Below the pieces are notes generated by a model, which worked only from the letters and a program-made list of their open reading frames with translations, was not told where the DNA came from and ran no database searches. A program made the position numbers and the translations under genes. A stretch of DNA of 53,281 bases, the filler included, from Streblomastix strix (lineage: Eukaryota), in the NCBI GenBank assembly GCA_008636045.1. It is 2 parts of 2 records of this genome, joined end to end, with 100 filler letters (N's around TTAATTAATTAA, not from the genome) between each part and the next. Parts side by side here need not be neighbours in the genome. Positions count along the whole stretch, not along the records: positions 1 to 26,600 come from SNRW01000161.1; 1 more part is not named here. One strand, 5' to 3'. Below, in pieces: positions 1-13,998 of this stretch (positions are counted from its first letter, which is position 1; each line of letters opens with the position of its first letter).

Positions 1-50
1 ATCCTATAACAGAAACTTACCAATATTTTTTGTATAGAGTATATTTAGCG

Positions 51-1263
51 ATGAGTGACGTTCATACATTGCGTACCTTGTTTTTCGTAGGCGATTTTTC
101 TGCTGTTCTCAACTTGATAAGCAGAAAAACACTTACACCAGAGCCTGGATCTGAGGACGAAGAAATCGCCACCTTAAAATGGCGTAGTCTTATCGCATAA
201 GGTCATTTACAGTAAGTTATTAATGAGCTCTCAGCAGCATCAAATGAAGCATCAAATGTGAAGTCTGCTACACTTTTATTGGCTCAATTCATTGCTGCGA
301 AGGATGAAGATGGTCAAGTTCAGATTTTAGGTTAGATGGAAAGTTCTGATGAACAGTCGAACAATTCTCTTTCACTAATTATGACTTCATAGATATACAT
401 AAGCACAGGATAATACGAGGTTGCATTACAGAAACTACTTGATCTCCCTATTCAATCGCTGGAAATGTACATAATTGATTTATATTGTTTTATTGAATCA
501 TTTTCATCTTATATATTTTTGGATTGGTTTAGACTTTCAATTGAGATTACATGTCTTTTGGCCATGGATGCTGTTCCAAATGCATCAAGAGTTCTGGAGA
601 ACATGAAGAAACTAAATCCTGAAGCTGCACTCACGCAGCTTTCATAGGCTCTTATTGATTTTCACACCGTATACGTTTTATTAAATAAATTTGTTTAATT
701 AATTATTATCATATTTTTCTATTTTTTTATTAAGGGAAATTATGAAGAAGCTTAGCAGATTTACGAGGACTTAACAGCTAAAGTGTGTGAAAAAACTATC
801 CTTTATATATTATTTCCACATCTTCACTATTAAATATTAATTTTCACTTTTTATTTATAATATTCAGTATAACAAAACACCATTTCTGTTACATTAATAT
901 GCAGTTGCGCTCATTCATTTGGGGAAGTATTAAGATGCCCTTGATCTCCTTAATGAGTCAATTGCCATGGTTCTTATTTATTTTTTAGCTTTCTATTTAT
1001 ATAACTTATGTATTGTTACAATTGTTAATCATGTTATTTTTTTATAGCAATCATACAACCCTCTAGCCGTTTCTACGCTTATTGGATTATACAGTCGGTT
1101 GTCATTATGCGCTGGGTCAAATGCTGACGAAGAGAAAGATTAGGCAACTTATATAGCTAGAGCATAGGACTTAGCACTTAAAGCTATGCAACAATACCCT
1201 ACAGCTTCTTTTGTGCGCGAAATTATTACTTTTTAGAGCAGTATACAAGCAGCATTAGCGTGA
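51..1263 (+). CDS. COPE: Coatomer (COPI) epsilon subunit, 5 exons (introns ~467-532, 669-734, 783-867, 970-1047)
   Basis: With TAR=Gln: MSDVHTLRTLFFVGDFSAVL...LKWRSLIAQG...CLLAMDAVPNASRVLENMKKLNPEAALTQLSQALIDFHTGNYEEAQQIYEDL...LIHLGKYQDALDLLNESI. This follows the TPR pattern of epsilon-COP. GT-AG introns keep the frame; TGA at 1261. Confidence 0.85.
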
Positions 1264-1484
1264 TGATAATAATTTGAAATTGAATAAACGAGTTTTAATC
1301 TCATTATTAATAAAGAATAATACATTTCACTCTCAAATACTAAATAAACACTTTTATTTATTTCACTCATATTTTTAATAATAGCAAACATTCAGTCAAT
1401 TCTGTAAGTAATAAAAAAGAGATCATTATTTGGATATTTCCATAAAATAAAAAATAAATATAAATAAATATAGTTATATGACAT

Positions 1485-4400
1485 TCACTAGCGCTTGCCG
1501 CGCTTTGTATGAGTTTCGTTTGTTATAATATAATCAGATTATGGATTAAGTGAATCTATTGGTAATAAAGCATTAGGTGGAGATTAATATTGTTTTGATG
1601 AAGTGTGAGTTGAAGACTAACTCATAGGAGAATATGTAGGGGTCGTTAATAATGATTAATTTGCTTGCTACTGAGAAGAGTTTGTAGTTTAATTGTCTGG
1701 CTGGTTATGATTTGAAGAATTTGGAAAATTGTTTTGCTGAATTAATGAAGGTTAAGAGTTGGACAATAAAGATTGTTGCTACTGTTATGAAGCAAGTTAA
1801 GAAGAAGACACAAATATTTTTGATGAATATATATGCTAATTTTTTAGTGGAGACTGCTGAATTAATGAATTAGTCTGGGGTTTCTAGTTTCCGTTAGAAT
1901 TAGAGATACTGTTACTTCCTCCTCCATTCCAAGTCTGTTATTCTTTTGATTGGTTATCTTTACCAGATTATGGGGTTCCTAATCCTGAAATACTTCCAAT
2001 GTGTTTGTGACCTTGCGATAAGATAGATACATTGGAAAGGGGTATTGGCTAGATATTATTATTATTTGAATTATTCTAATTAAAGCTATTCTGTAAGCTG
2101 TTAATACTGTTTGAGAATAATCCTTATACTCGATCTCTTTCATTATTAATACTCATACCACTGCCAAAATAGTTATTTGCCCCATTAGCATTCAAACTAC
2201 TACTACTCATTTACAGTGAGTGCTACAAAACTTGCACATTCTAAGGATCTGTTGGAATCGAAATCATTTTAGGCTGAGAAGAAAACAAAGGTTCCTATTT
2301 TTTGGGAGGATCACTGATAGATGGTGAATCCTTGGTGAATGGGAAGCCAGAATGGCCAGGTTTCTCAGATGAACGCCCTTCTCTGTCTCTTTCTCTGTTA
2401 CTTCGACGCATCTCACCGAAATCAGGCAAAATTTATTGAGGCCATTGATAGAGTGATGAATTTTGAGTTTGAGATGATTATAAAGAATTATTAATCTATG
2501 ACAGCCATATCTGTGAACCATCCATATCTCTTATATCACGGTCTCTTTCTCTACTCCGACTTCCAGCGACTCTTTGGTTTCCTTTGAAATGTCCAAGTGA
2601 TGATGATGATTTAGAGAGGGCATTCATTTGATTTGGTATTTGTATAGGCATTTAGCTAAATTGACTATATTATGGTGAAACTGGGAAAATATTTGAAGGA
2701 GGTTAACTGGGTTGTAATAGTAGTTATGCATTAGCATTGTTGTTATTGCTATTTTGAATGATTGATGAATTTGAGTTTATGTTTGATTGTGACGTACTTA
2801 AACCCAATTTATTACTATTAATACTAGAATTACTTGTTTTCAAAATACTTTGATTGCTTGTGTTTTAATTATTTAATTGTTATGATTGAGGAACGAAAAT
2901 AAATTCATTTGAAAGTGCTTTTAAACTTCTTTATTTAATGTTCTAGGTAGTAGAAACAGCAGTTTGATATATAGATTAACTTGATTATTAATATTGTTAT
3001 TGTTGCTAATCACTCAAAATACTGTTTGGGAATTGAATACTATTTTCATTGGGTAATTATTGTTAATTATGTTATTATTGATTCTCGGGTGATACAGATG
3101 AGTTTTGTGGAGATTACGAACCTTAAGATGATTACTATTACTATTATTATGAAGTTGATGGTTAAGATTATTAGAAATAGATAGATTGCGCATTTTATGA
3201 GGGTGAACCTTGCTGAGAATTAGATTAATTCTACACATTCGTAGGTGAAGTTTTGAGAGATTGATATATTTTGTACGGTTTCTTGAATATACTGAACTGC
3301 TTTGACTGAAATTGAGATGCAGATAGTGGTGGGAGAGAAGAAGTAGATATGGATGTTATTGAAGATGGCTATTAATTAGATGGTGAAACAGAAGGTAAAT
3401 CTTGCTGGGTATATACCAATTATTAAGATTGTTATTAGAGTTAATTAGATTGATTGTTTGACTGGAGGATTTAACTATTTGAAACTGATTATGGTGTTGA
3501 TGGATAAGAATTGAAAGGAGGTGGAACTGGCGAATTTTATTAATCTGGTGACTATGCATTTCGTGGGTATTTTTAAGCAGGTGAAAATTGTATCTATGAC
3601 TAATTTGCAATTAAACTAAAATTTTTAACTGAAGAAGACTTAGCAATTGATGATGTAGATGATTATTAAGGAGGAAGAGGCGGTAATTAAGCAGATGCCT
3701 GTTATGCAGCCGAAGGTTAAGTGATTTAATTGATCTGAGATGATATTTATTGGTCTAGCTGTATTTATTAAAGCTATGGAGTTGCAATTTATTGAAATTG
3801 AAGTTGATTTGGAGTTTCAGACAATTAATAGGGTGACAAAGGAGGTTGTATTTGTTGCTATGAAAATTATTAATATGTGAAAAAGTCGTTGTTCAGAGCA
3901 TACATATTCGGATTATTAAGCAGACTTACATTCATATTATTATACCCATTATAGCCGTTGTAATTATTGTAGCTGTTATTATAATCCATATTCTCATTCT
4001 AATTCATTTAATTCAGGAAATATTCTGATTCAGGTGATTGAGAAGGAGAAACATTATAATTCACTTACTATTATTAAGCTGGAGATGGATGTCTCTATCC
4101 GAGTCTATCATATCCTTCATCCCAATTCTATTACACCCCAATTTATAGCCCTATTCTTTCTCTTTCATTTCTATCTTCGTTATTTCTCCCTGGATACATC
4201 AATGTTTACTATTATGGTAACAAACCTTATTATTGCATTTAGTTCATGTTCATATTTAGTTACTACTATTATAATATATGGTTTCTTTTATTTGACAGTT
4301 AAAGTTATAGTTCATGTGGATTAGGTGGTGAAGAAATAAGAGGAAGTTTGTGTGGAGGAGGTTCGCATAATAATTTTGATGATTATTGTGTTTGTTTAGA

Positions 4401-7075
4401 TTAATAAGATGGCGCATATAAATTAGATGCAGATGTTGGTTGAGACTGTTTTTATGGAGGATTCTATGAATTTGAATATTAAGAAGATATTATTAATTAA
4501 GGAGATGATTATTAATTATATAAATTATTTTATGAAGATGATTGCTGTTATTATATCAATGATGCAGCCTGTAAAATAGGAGGTAATGAAGTTGATATTT
4601 TGGGTGATTATGAAGTATTTGTTAATAAATATCCCAATGATGATTGTTTATTCGGTGTTTGTGGTAAAGATGAAGTTACTAAAGGGGAATGAAGTGATTA
4701 TTAATGCGACTATTAAAGTTATTATTATGATTCAGAAGTTGTAAGAGAAGTTTAAGGGTTGTTTTTCTCCAAATTTTCAATGTCTTGTTTTGCTATTTAT
4801 GAGTTTGATTTGTTTGTTTATTTCTTTTCTGATCCATCATTATTTAATACTGGAGAAGATTCAATTTATTTATTTTCTAAGTTTTCATTTGTAATTATAT
4901 CTTAAGATTTTATTTATATTTCGATAATTGACGTGGACGTGGAGAGCGAGTTATCACTATTTTAAGTCAAACCATCTAATTTTTCATTGGATATTTCCTG
5001 ATTTTGTGGGTTTTATTCATTTTTAAATTCTTTTTCGTTTTACGGTTTTTCTTTTAAAGTTTCATTATTAATTAATTTATTTTCTTCATACATTTTTAAT
5101 ATTTCATTTTTTTGAGATTCTAAATTTTTCTCCTTTTCATATTATTTTTCGTTTTTTTCATTATCTTTCTTTTTCTCTTCTTTATTTTTCTTTTTCTTTT
5201 CACTTTTCTTTTCTTTTTCAGGATTCTCAAAATTAGAGCTTTAAAATATGTTTAATTCAGTTGATTGTTAAGACTAAGAAAATGATTAATTGTGAGCATT
5301 TGCTTATTTTTCTAATTAAGCCTAATCATTTTCATGATTTTATTACTTCAAGCTTTTATCTAAATCTTACTGATCTTTTATTTCGGATTATTCTGATGTT
5401 TAGCTTTGTTCAGTTTGTTCTTTAAGTTTTGATTGTTGTTTCGCCTAAATTTGTGCTTTATATTATTGTTGTAATGCTGAAGTAGATGTTTATTATTAAA
5501 GAGATGATGAAGATTTGGATAATTGCTTCTGTGAAGATGATTGATTTGGCAATTGCTGAGGTTGAGTCTATTACAACAATATTTATTACTATTTAACTTT
5601 GTTTGATTTTTTATGTTTAGATGAAGAAGTTTAATTTTGCATAATAGCACTAGTATTATTATAGTTATTTTTTTTATTATTATTATTTTGATCATTATTT
5701 TCAATAGCATTTTATTATGAAAGAATATTCTAAGTGTGTTCAATAATTAAAGAAACTGGAATCGATGGCAACGAACTAGATAGAGAAACAATTTGAGATG
5801 TAGAAATATTTGGAGAAGATTGTTATGTTGATGAAGAAGATGAAGAATGTAGTAATTATGACGAAGATAAAGAATCCAACGATGCTTGCTTCTATAAATC
5901 ATTTTATGGCATTTCAGAGCAATTTTCTTTTTTCTATTAATTTTTGTTCTTTATATTAATTTGTTCATTATTTTATTTAATATTTTAATTATTTATATGT
6001 TAAATAATTGTTTTTTCACTTTGCTTTTCAATTATTTACTCATTCTATTGATTGATTATTTATATATTATTATTTTCTTTATTTTATTATTCATTGCTTT
6101 GTTTTATAAATTACTCTTAATTTTAATTTTCATTATTCTATTATTAAACATTTTTATCTTTATTTTCTTGTTTAATATCAAATTATTCAATACTTAATAT
6201 ATTGTGTGCCTTTTCAATTATTTATTCATTTGTTATTTATTCATTCATCTATGCTTTTATTTAGTCACTTATTTATTCACATAATTAATTACCAATTTAA
6301 TCATTTACTTTCTCATTAATAATTTATTCTCAAATTTAACCTTTCATCTATTCATTCATTTCATCATTAACAGTAATAGTTGAATTGCGTTCGAAGTTAA
6401 TTGAAGGAAGATGAAATTACAAAAATAATGGATGGTTATGATTAAATGAATTCATAGGAAATGGTAGTGGCAAATTTACTGGTGCACTCAATGGAAGACT
6501 TGCATGCTGAGAACTATGTGGTGGAAGATTATTCTGCTATGATGAAGAATGCTGATTCTATTGGTAATGATCTTCAACATCTATATCATCCATTTCTCCT
6601 TCTTCTCGTTCAATATCATTTATATTCATATTAAAGTTATTCATGTGAATATTTCTGTTATGAAAATATGGATTATTTTTGTAGTTGCCAGACTATGAGT
6701 TATGAAGAGGACTATATTATGCAAAATATGGTTGGTTATTAATATTAATACTAGTCAATTAGTTCACATTATTGTACTTGCTATATTTTTAACTGATATT
6801 ATCATTGTACGCATTATATTCATTTGATGAAAATAATTTTTATGCTTATTGTGGTAAAACAATAGGAGAGTTAGATTATTACTGTAATGGTTGAGCTTAT
6901 GGTACGGATGATGCAATTACTGGGGGAAGTGGATAATCAATGATAGACATGTTTGATTCTTGTTAATTTTGTATATTCGATTATTATTGAGATTCAAATT
7001 ATTATTGAGGAGAATTGCTAGAATTGGATGCAATTTGTGATCTAAATAAATTTGCATTTGCTGAAAGGTTTGAAG

Positions 7076-7171
<96 letters not shown>

Positions 7172-10100
7172 ATTATAATTATAATTACAGATTAAACTGT
7201 TTTGAACCTGTAGATTAAAGTAATGAAATGGAAGAATTTTAATTAAGAAATGGTGATTGTTTCTATTATTGTTGAAATTATTATTATTACTAATTAAAGT
7301 CATAAATTGCTTATTATGATAAATTATTGTCATTGTTATATAAGTTAAAATTGTGGTTATAGTTCATCGTTACTTAATTATTTGGGTCATATTCTTATGT
7401 GTCATCTTACTGCTATTAATTTTGTTAATGATACTATACTAGCTTTTGACTTATCTTTAAAATATTTGTTTATTGAAGTTATATTTACTGTTACTATTGC
7501 ATTTCCTGTTATTTTTAATAATTCTGGCTAGTAAATAAAGAAATTATTGGTATTTCTGATGTATTAATATGGGAAACATTTTTGTTCAAATTAATATTAT
7601 TTTTATTCATGTTATAATCATTAATTTCATATTGATTGCTATAGTTATCCTACATAATTATGTTACTGTTTGAAGTTCGTAATTTCGCTTATTATGTTTA
7701 TTAAATCTACTATTAAGAATTTTATGACTATTAAAGCAAAGACTGTGAATTAGACAATATTGAAGATGCATTTTATGATTATCTTCTCGATTAAGTTGGT
7801 GAGAAAGGTTCAATATTTGGATTAAGCCACAATCGAGGTATAAACGGAGTTGATTATTGAGAAGGAGGTTATGAACTAAATTAGATCTGAGATAAATGTT
7901 TTTGTAATGAACGTGAAGGAGAAAAAGAATTAGATGTTATTGAAAGTTTTATTTATTTGTTGGATGTATGTTTCTATTGGCTATCAGATGAATTGAAAGA
8001 GAATATTGTTCTTGGATCGGAGAAAAATGGAGTGTTTTAGAAGAATTAATTCATTTTTATTCTATTATTCATAATTTCGGTAGTGTTCTTAATTATTATA
8101 GATAATAATGAAGGATATGTTGAGGATTATTTTTTATACTCAACAAATTACAATTTTTTTTCTTCCTTCTTGTCTACATTATTCTCAATGTTTTTTTCAT
8201 CAATATTTTCTTTTTTCGTTTTATCATATTTCTCTTCATTATAATTGTCTATATGCTATTTGACATCATTTATTTGAGGTGAAGATTTCTAAGATAAAGG
8301 AAAATTTGATGATATTTTTGTATATTAAGATTAAAATAATAATGAATTTGAATTATTATCACTAAAAATTGTTGATTGATCGTTTGAATTTATATTACTA
8401 ATATTATTATTTACATGTTAATGAGTATTTGGTAGAGGTGGAAGAGAATTAATAGGAAATTATTATTATAAAGGTTATAAAGATTATTATGATTAAGTAC
8501 ACATTGAATATTATTAAATAACAGATGAAGAAGGCTAAGTTTAAGTAGGAATAGACGATTTACCTTATGATAAAGATGACGTTGATGCTAATCGAGAAGG
8601 AGAAGGGGAAGTTGATTATGAAGATAAAGATGGAGATTGAATTTGAGATTACTAATTTGAATTTGTTTGAATTTTGCTATTTTAAATTTTATTGCTGAAT
8701 TTCAATTCATGTTATTTTGTCTCTAATAACTTTTTTGCATACCATTTAAATTTTTCTTTAATTTGATTGTAACAAAAGCACGATCTAGTGACATTATTAC
8801 CTATATCTAGTGGATCTTCTATTATAATGCTATTTTCACTAGTTTAATATGAAGATGATTATTAAAAATTAATTTGTTACAATGTTGATTAAGATACTTA
8901 AGATTAAAATTAACTATTATTTGATGTTAAAGGTTATGAAAGTGATTAAAAAGCAAGAATTGCTTGAGAAGGAAATTGTTATTGAAATGTAGAAATTTGA
9001 TTTGTTTGATATGATTCAGATTGTATTAGCGGTGATTAATGAAGCAAAGATGTTAATTAATTTGAATTTGCAAAAGTCTGCTATTTATGCTGTTGTTAGA
9101 TTTATTACCAGGAAGTTGATGCAATTGCAGCCATTCTTTCGTTCATAAGTCTGCCATATTCATCAGATGAAATATATCTGCCTTAACCTCTGACGGAAAT
9201 GACATAATTGATTGATTTAAATCTTAAATCTTTTTCTTTTAATTTAGGTTACGCAATTTCTTCTTTTAATTCAAAATGTTTATCTAACTTTTCTTCATGC
9301 TTTTCAATTTTCTTTTCTACTTATTACTCATTATTTAATATTTATTATTCATTAGCTTTTTCTTAATTATTAATTTTTCTTTCTTGATTTTTATTAATGT
9401 CAATTTGTTATTCATTATCATTCAATTCTTCCTTCTTATTATCTATTTCTTCTTATTTCTATTCCTCTATTTACTTTTTTTCTTCATTAATATTCTTATT
9501 TTAGTCACAATTATTACTAATTTACAGTTTTTATGATTATATTTATGTTTAGTTTTATTTTTCTTAATTAAATTCAGTGATTTTCAACTCGTACTTTTTA
9601 GTATCATTTTCATTCTTTATAAAAGGCTATGGCAACTCATCGCATTCACCATACAACTAAAAAAACCTAATTAATAACTCACCGTATTCCACCTAATCAT
9701 ATTTAACTCCAAAGTTTCTTTCATATTACTGCAGATGTGATACTACCAGCAAAGCGAGACCATAACCCCCCATACCTCCTTTATACGGCTCATTAAGGCT
9801 ATTCTGAGCTAAGAATTGCTTTATGCATAATATAAGAGGCCGAGCTGCTGGGTATATAATCATTAAGCATCGAAGGTAGTCAGTGTTGATTATTCCTAAT
9901 TATGTGTATATGAGTTGGATTAAGTATTAAATAGGATAAATAAAAAAATTAGAACAAGAAAATGTAAAATAAAACAGAAAGTTTATATAAATATGAATTT
10001 AAATTAATCATTCATTCTACAAATAATATTATTTCTCATTCTTTCCATTATTTCATACCAGTCAAAGTTCCAAATCCAACATCCACATGAATATCAGTAG

Positions 10101-11922
10101 TCATATTCTAATTATTATTCTAATTATTACTTATGTTCAATTTAGTATCTTCACTATTATTAATATTCATATTCCCAGGAGTATCAACTATCTTAATAAT
10201 AGGAACGCGAGCAGTGCTTATGTAGTTAACAGTCCCAAAATATTTGCCTTAATTTAATTTGTCATTCAATTTCATCAAGAATTTTTTCTGCTCATCTTCT
10301 GGTATTATTGGTGAAGCAGGAAGTGTGAAATGAGGTGAAATGGAAATATCGTTCGAAAGTTGTAGGTAATCAAGTTGATTATTATTATTAATGAATTGAT
10401 TGTTTGTTTGTTTATTTTCATTGATTTTCTTTTTCTTTCTATTATTTTATTTTAATTACTATTTTTAACCATTTTTCTCTTTAATTTTTTCTTTTTAGAT
10501 ATCTTTTAAATCCTATTTTTTGTTTTCATCAATAAAGACATCTGCTATAGTTGGATTTTATAGATGAGATTAAATCTAATTAAAATTTATTTATTTCTAT
10601 TATTATCTAATCTAATTTTATAAATTTTGAAATTTGTTATTATTTTGTGAATTTGACAATTATTAATAAGACTGAGATAGCAAAGCAGGTAAATTGTTTG
10701 CTGAATGCGAATATTAAATGTCAATCTGAGATTATGATTATGAATAAAATGAAGAAGTCAATATTGGTTATGAGAAGTCAAGCATTTTCTATAAACTTGG
10801 TTTAAGTTGAACTCGAAGCAATGAATTTATCTTCTATTATGCTTCATTAGTTTGAATCAAAGTGTTTCCGTTTTGATGAAATGATGTTAACGAATTTTGA
10901 GACGTTTTCAAGTTGTCTTTCTGATTTGGATTTAAAGCATTACTTCTTTCAATTCGTTCATTCCAAGCTAAATTATTTGCTACTTAAACTGTTTGATATT
11001 GTTAACGATGGAATTATTGTTATTTTTCTTCAATTTACAGTGCAATGCTAATGTTGCAATCACATTAACGTTTGAAATTGACATTTCCGCATACTTTACA
11101 CACTGAAATGTTATATTAATCATCTTTTTCTTATTATAATTATTATAATTCCTATTAATCATCTTCATTTAAAGAAACTCTTTACAGCTTAATTTTTAGT
11201 TACCCCTTTTTCTTTTCATTCGCTATTTATCTCCAATTGACTCCAAGAAACTATTTTATTCCCATAATTGTATCCATCTTCTTCTATTTGAGTATTTCTT
11301 TTAACAATGATCTGTTTATCAACAATGATGATGGATATTTACTCAATCTTTCTTTCTCTACACTTAATACTTAATCAAACAAGTCCCCATACCACAGCTA
11401 GAATAAACTCCGGATGATTCGCTAAACACGTAAGATAAATTCACACTATTCTCCTGTTATCACTACAAGATCAACATCGCTTTATGGAAGTGACAGAAAT
11501 GATGAGAAAGATCCATATATAAATAATACTAATCCTTGTTGGTATGGCATATCCGATTGTTGTTCAACATACTCAATACAATTTCGAATACGTTCAACGA
11601 GGATAAATCGAGAAATGCACTCAGATTTGGACAATTGCATAAGTTGAAAATATTTCTACATCTCAGACGAAAGTTGTGCTTCAATAGTTCTTTCAATATT
11701 ATCTTTATCCTATGTTTCTGGCAAAATATTATTGGTATTCATAAGATTCAAAGTTTTAATTTTAGTTTCGTATGCATTTGAAATATCTATATTATCTCTA
11801 TATTCCAAGAATCTATAAAAAAACGATTTATTTGTCAGAAAGAATTTTGAGCGAGGAACTGCAAATGCGAATGGATATTATTCATTGAATTTAAACTGCT
11901 AAAGAATCGGATTATCTATCAT
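1485..11922 (-). CDS. Giant Trf4/PAPD5-like non-canonical poly(A) polymerase / nucleotidyltransferase (~3,420 aa, intron 9896-10058) with long Q/S/N/P-rich low-complexity regions
   Basis: Motifs YGSFSSFLSLPQSDVDLVV (~11470-11520), ISTARVPIIKIVD (~10200), IHVDVGF, RPLILCIKQFLAQNSLNEPYKGGMGGYGL (~9760-9845), YGELLIRFFQLYG and the PAP-associated IEDPLDIGNNVTRS (~8785-8825). The splice junction, IEDP motif, poly-Q tract and TGA at 1485 all share one frame. I did not check every codon of the tail. Confidence 0.8.
7077..7169 (-). repeat. (TAA)31 trinucleotide tract encoding poly-Gln inside the Trf4-like gene
   Basis: Pure TTA repeat on +; in frame with the flanking ...LQLQL-Q31-SSNLSANAN on the - strand. 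Confidence 0.9.
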
Positions 11923-13436
11923 TTACTGAATAGTTAAAAAAAATAATTAAAATTAATAATTTATTGAAGTATAAAACATGTTTTATTTAATATCTGTAAT
12001 AAAATCGATAAAATTAGTATTATTATGCATTTAGCGATGTAGATAATGTACTAAATTATTTGTACAATTAAATCTCTTTGTATAAAACAAATAATTAAAT
12101 CAAAAAGTAAGCTGGACATTTGTAGGTTTGTAAAACAGTTTTTCGGTCTTGTTTTCGTTTATTAAGCAGTTTTTTTGTTGTTTATTATCAGAAAAAGTAG
12201 CTAAAATTTTAGTTGAATATGCATATATATAATAACTAGCAATATGTGTTAAGTAAATTGATAATACAAGTTTAGTGCAATTACACACATAATACCTCAC
12301 CAAAACTGTTAAATTAATTATTTTTCTTAAGGTTATTATGTGATTTTAATAAATAACAATTAGTTTAGCCAATTATATTTAATAATTTTACTGCCACTAT
12401 TTAATCTAATACACTGTTCGAATATTCATGAATTTTATTGATGATTTACGTAATTTTATTGCAAATATCATCATTATATAATCTTATTAAATTGTTGTCT
12501 TATCTTTTTCCACGAGCCTGAAATTAATATATTAACATTTTTCTAATTTTGTACTAAATATTAACAACTAAATTCGCCAATTTATTTGATATATTTTAAA
12601 TAATATAGCTAGGGCGTCAATAGGGTATTTCATTTTTTTCCAGTGTTTTGCACATTTTTTATTGATTTTCTGTATAATTTGCTATAGATTAGATAATTTT
12701 GAGCTTATTAACTTTGAGCAAGTCTGAAATATTTGCCCTTCTGTTTACGAAATCAAATTTTTAGCGTGTAAATTTATTGCAAACGAGTTTTTAGCGTTTC
12801 CCATTTTTGATAGGGTAATTCATAAAAAATTGATGTTTTGATAAGTTTGATGTGATTTTGTTCGTAATTATTGTTGGTGAAGCTCAAAATCTAGCTCTTA
12901 AAGCTGTTTGAAGCCGAAATTTTCGAGTTTTATCTTCGTTTTAGTATTTTCGTGTTTTAGAGCTGTTACGTAAGATAATTTTAATATGATGTATATAAAA
13001 TAAATGAAAATATTATTGTCATTCAGTATTTACACTATCAAATTATAGTAACAAGATCATATTTTGATCCGATTTCTAAGCCAAAACAAAAATAATTTTT
13101 CAAATCCTATAATAATTACTGATCTTGATCTGATCTGATCTTGATCGGATCGTCAACTTCTCCAAATTTATTTATTAAAATTTTTTATCTCTAGAATCCG
13201 ATCTCGATCTGGCGGTTTAAAACTAATTTTAGAAAAATATGTCAATTATCGGTGTCGAACCTAAAACCTTAAAATTTTAATACTGACACATATCCACTAC
13301 TCTACAAGTTCGTGCACTAAAGAGTAAGCTATTAAAGTTAACACAAAAATAATATTTATATATATTAATGATCAAATTTAGCTGAAAATTGATTTATAAT
13401 TTAAAAATTCGGGTCTTCGATTTTTTTTATTTATTA

Positions 13437-13784
13437 TCAATTATCAAATTCTTCCTATATCATATCGTCATCTTTGTCTTTTGATATTAAATAATGAAAT
13501 TCTCTATAATCTTACCAATATTATTAGTATTCAGATCTTTTTTCGTAAAGAACAAGCATTTTAGGTTCTATAAGATCAATATATATGTTATATTATATTG
13601 GTTTTGGAAATTGCTTTGTAAATTATGTTTCTTTTCTCATATTTTAATCTCTTTTCTTCTTAATTTCTTCTAAATCTACTTAAGAATCGTATTTATGATG
13701 GTTTTCAATTTCTACAGCTATGCTAATTTAATTGTTTGTCGACGATGATGATGTTGAGGTCATTTCTTTTTGGTTGTCTTTCAT
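13437..13784 (-). CDS. Small hypothetical protein (115 aa) of the element, divergent from polB
   Basis: ATG 13784 to TGA 13437 is open with TAR=Gln: MKDNQKEMTSTSSSTNNQISIAVEIENHHKYDS...DDDMIQEEFDN. Confidence 0.55.
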
Positions 13785-13998
13785 AAAAAATTTAAATGTT
13801 TAATTAAATAAATAAGTTTAATAAAATTAAAAATAAAAATAATAAAAAATATGTTAAATAATTGAATAAAAAATAAATTAAATAATTTAATAATTAATAG
13901 TTATTTTTTTAAATTATTAAATTATATCTTAGTTAAAAATCTTTTTCTTGATCATTTTAATTTAAATAAAACATACCCAAAATTTTAAAATTGCATCG

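Noticed and set aside
6917..7333. Poly-Asn (-) and poly-Tyr (+) ORFs in the supplied track
   Set aside because: Wrong-frame and wrong-strand readings of the (TAA)31 poly-Gln tract in the Trf4-like gene.
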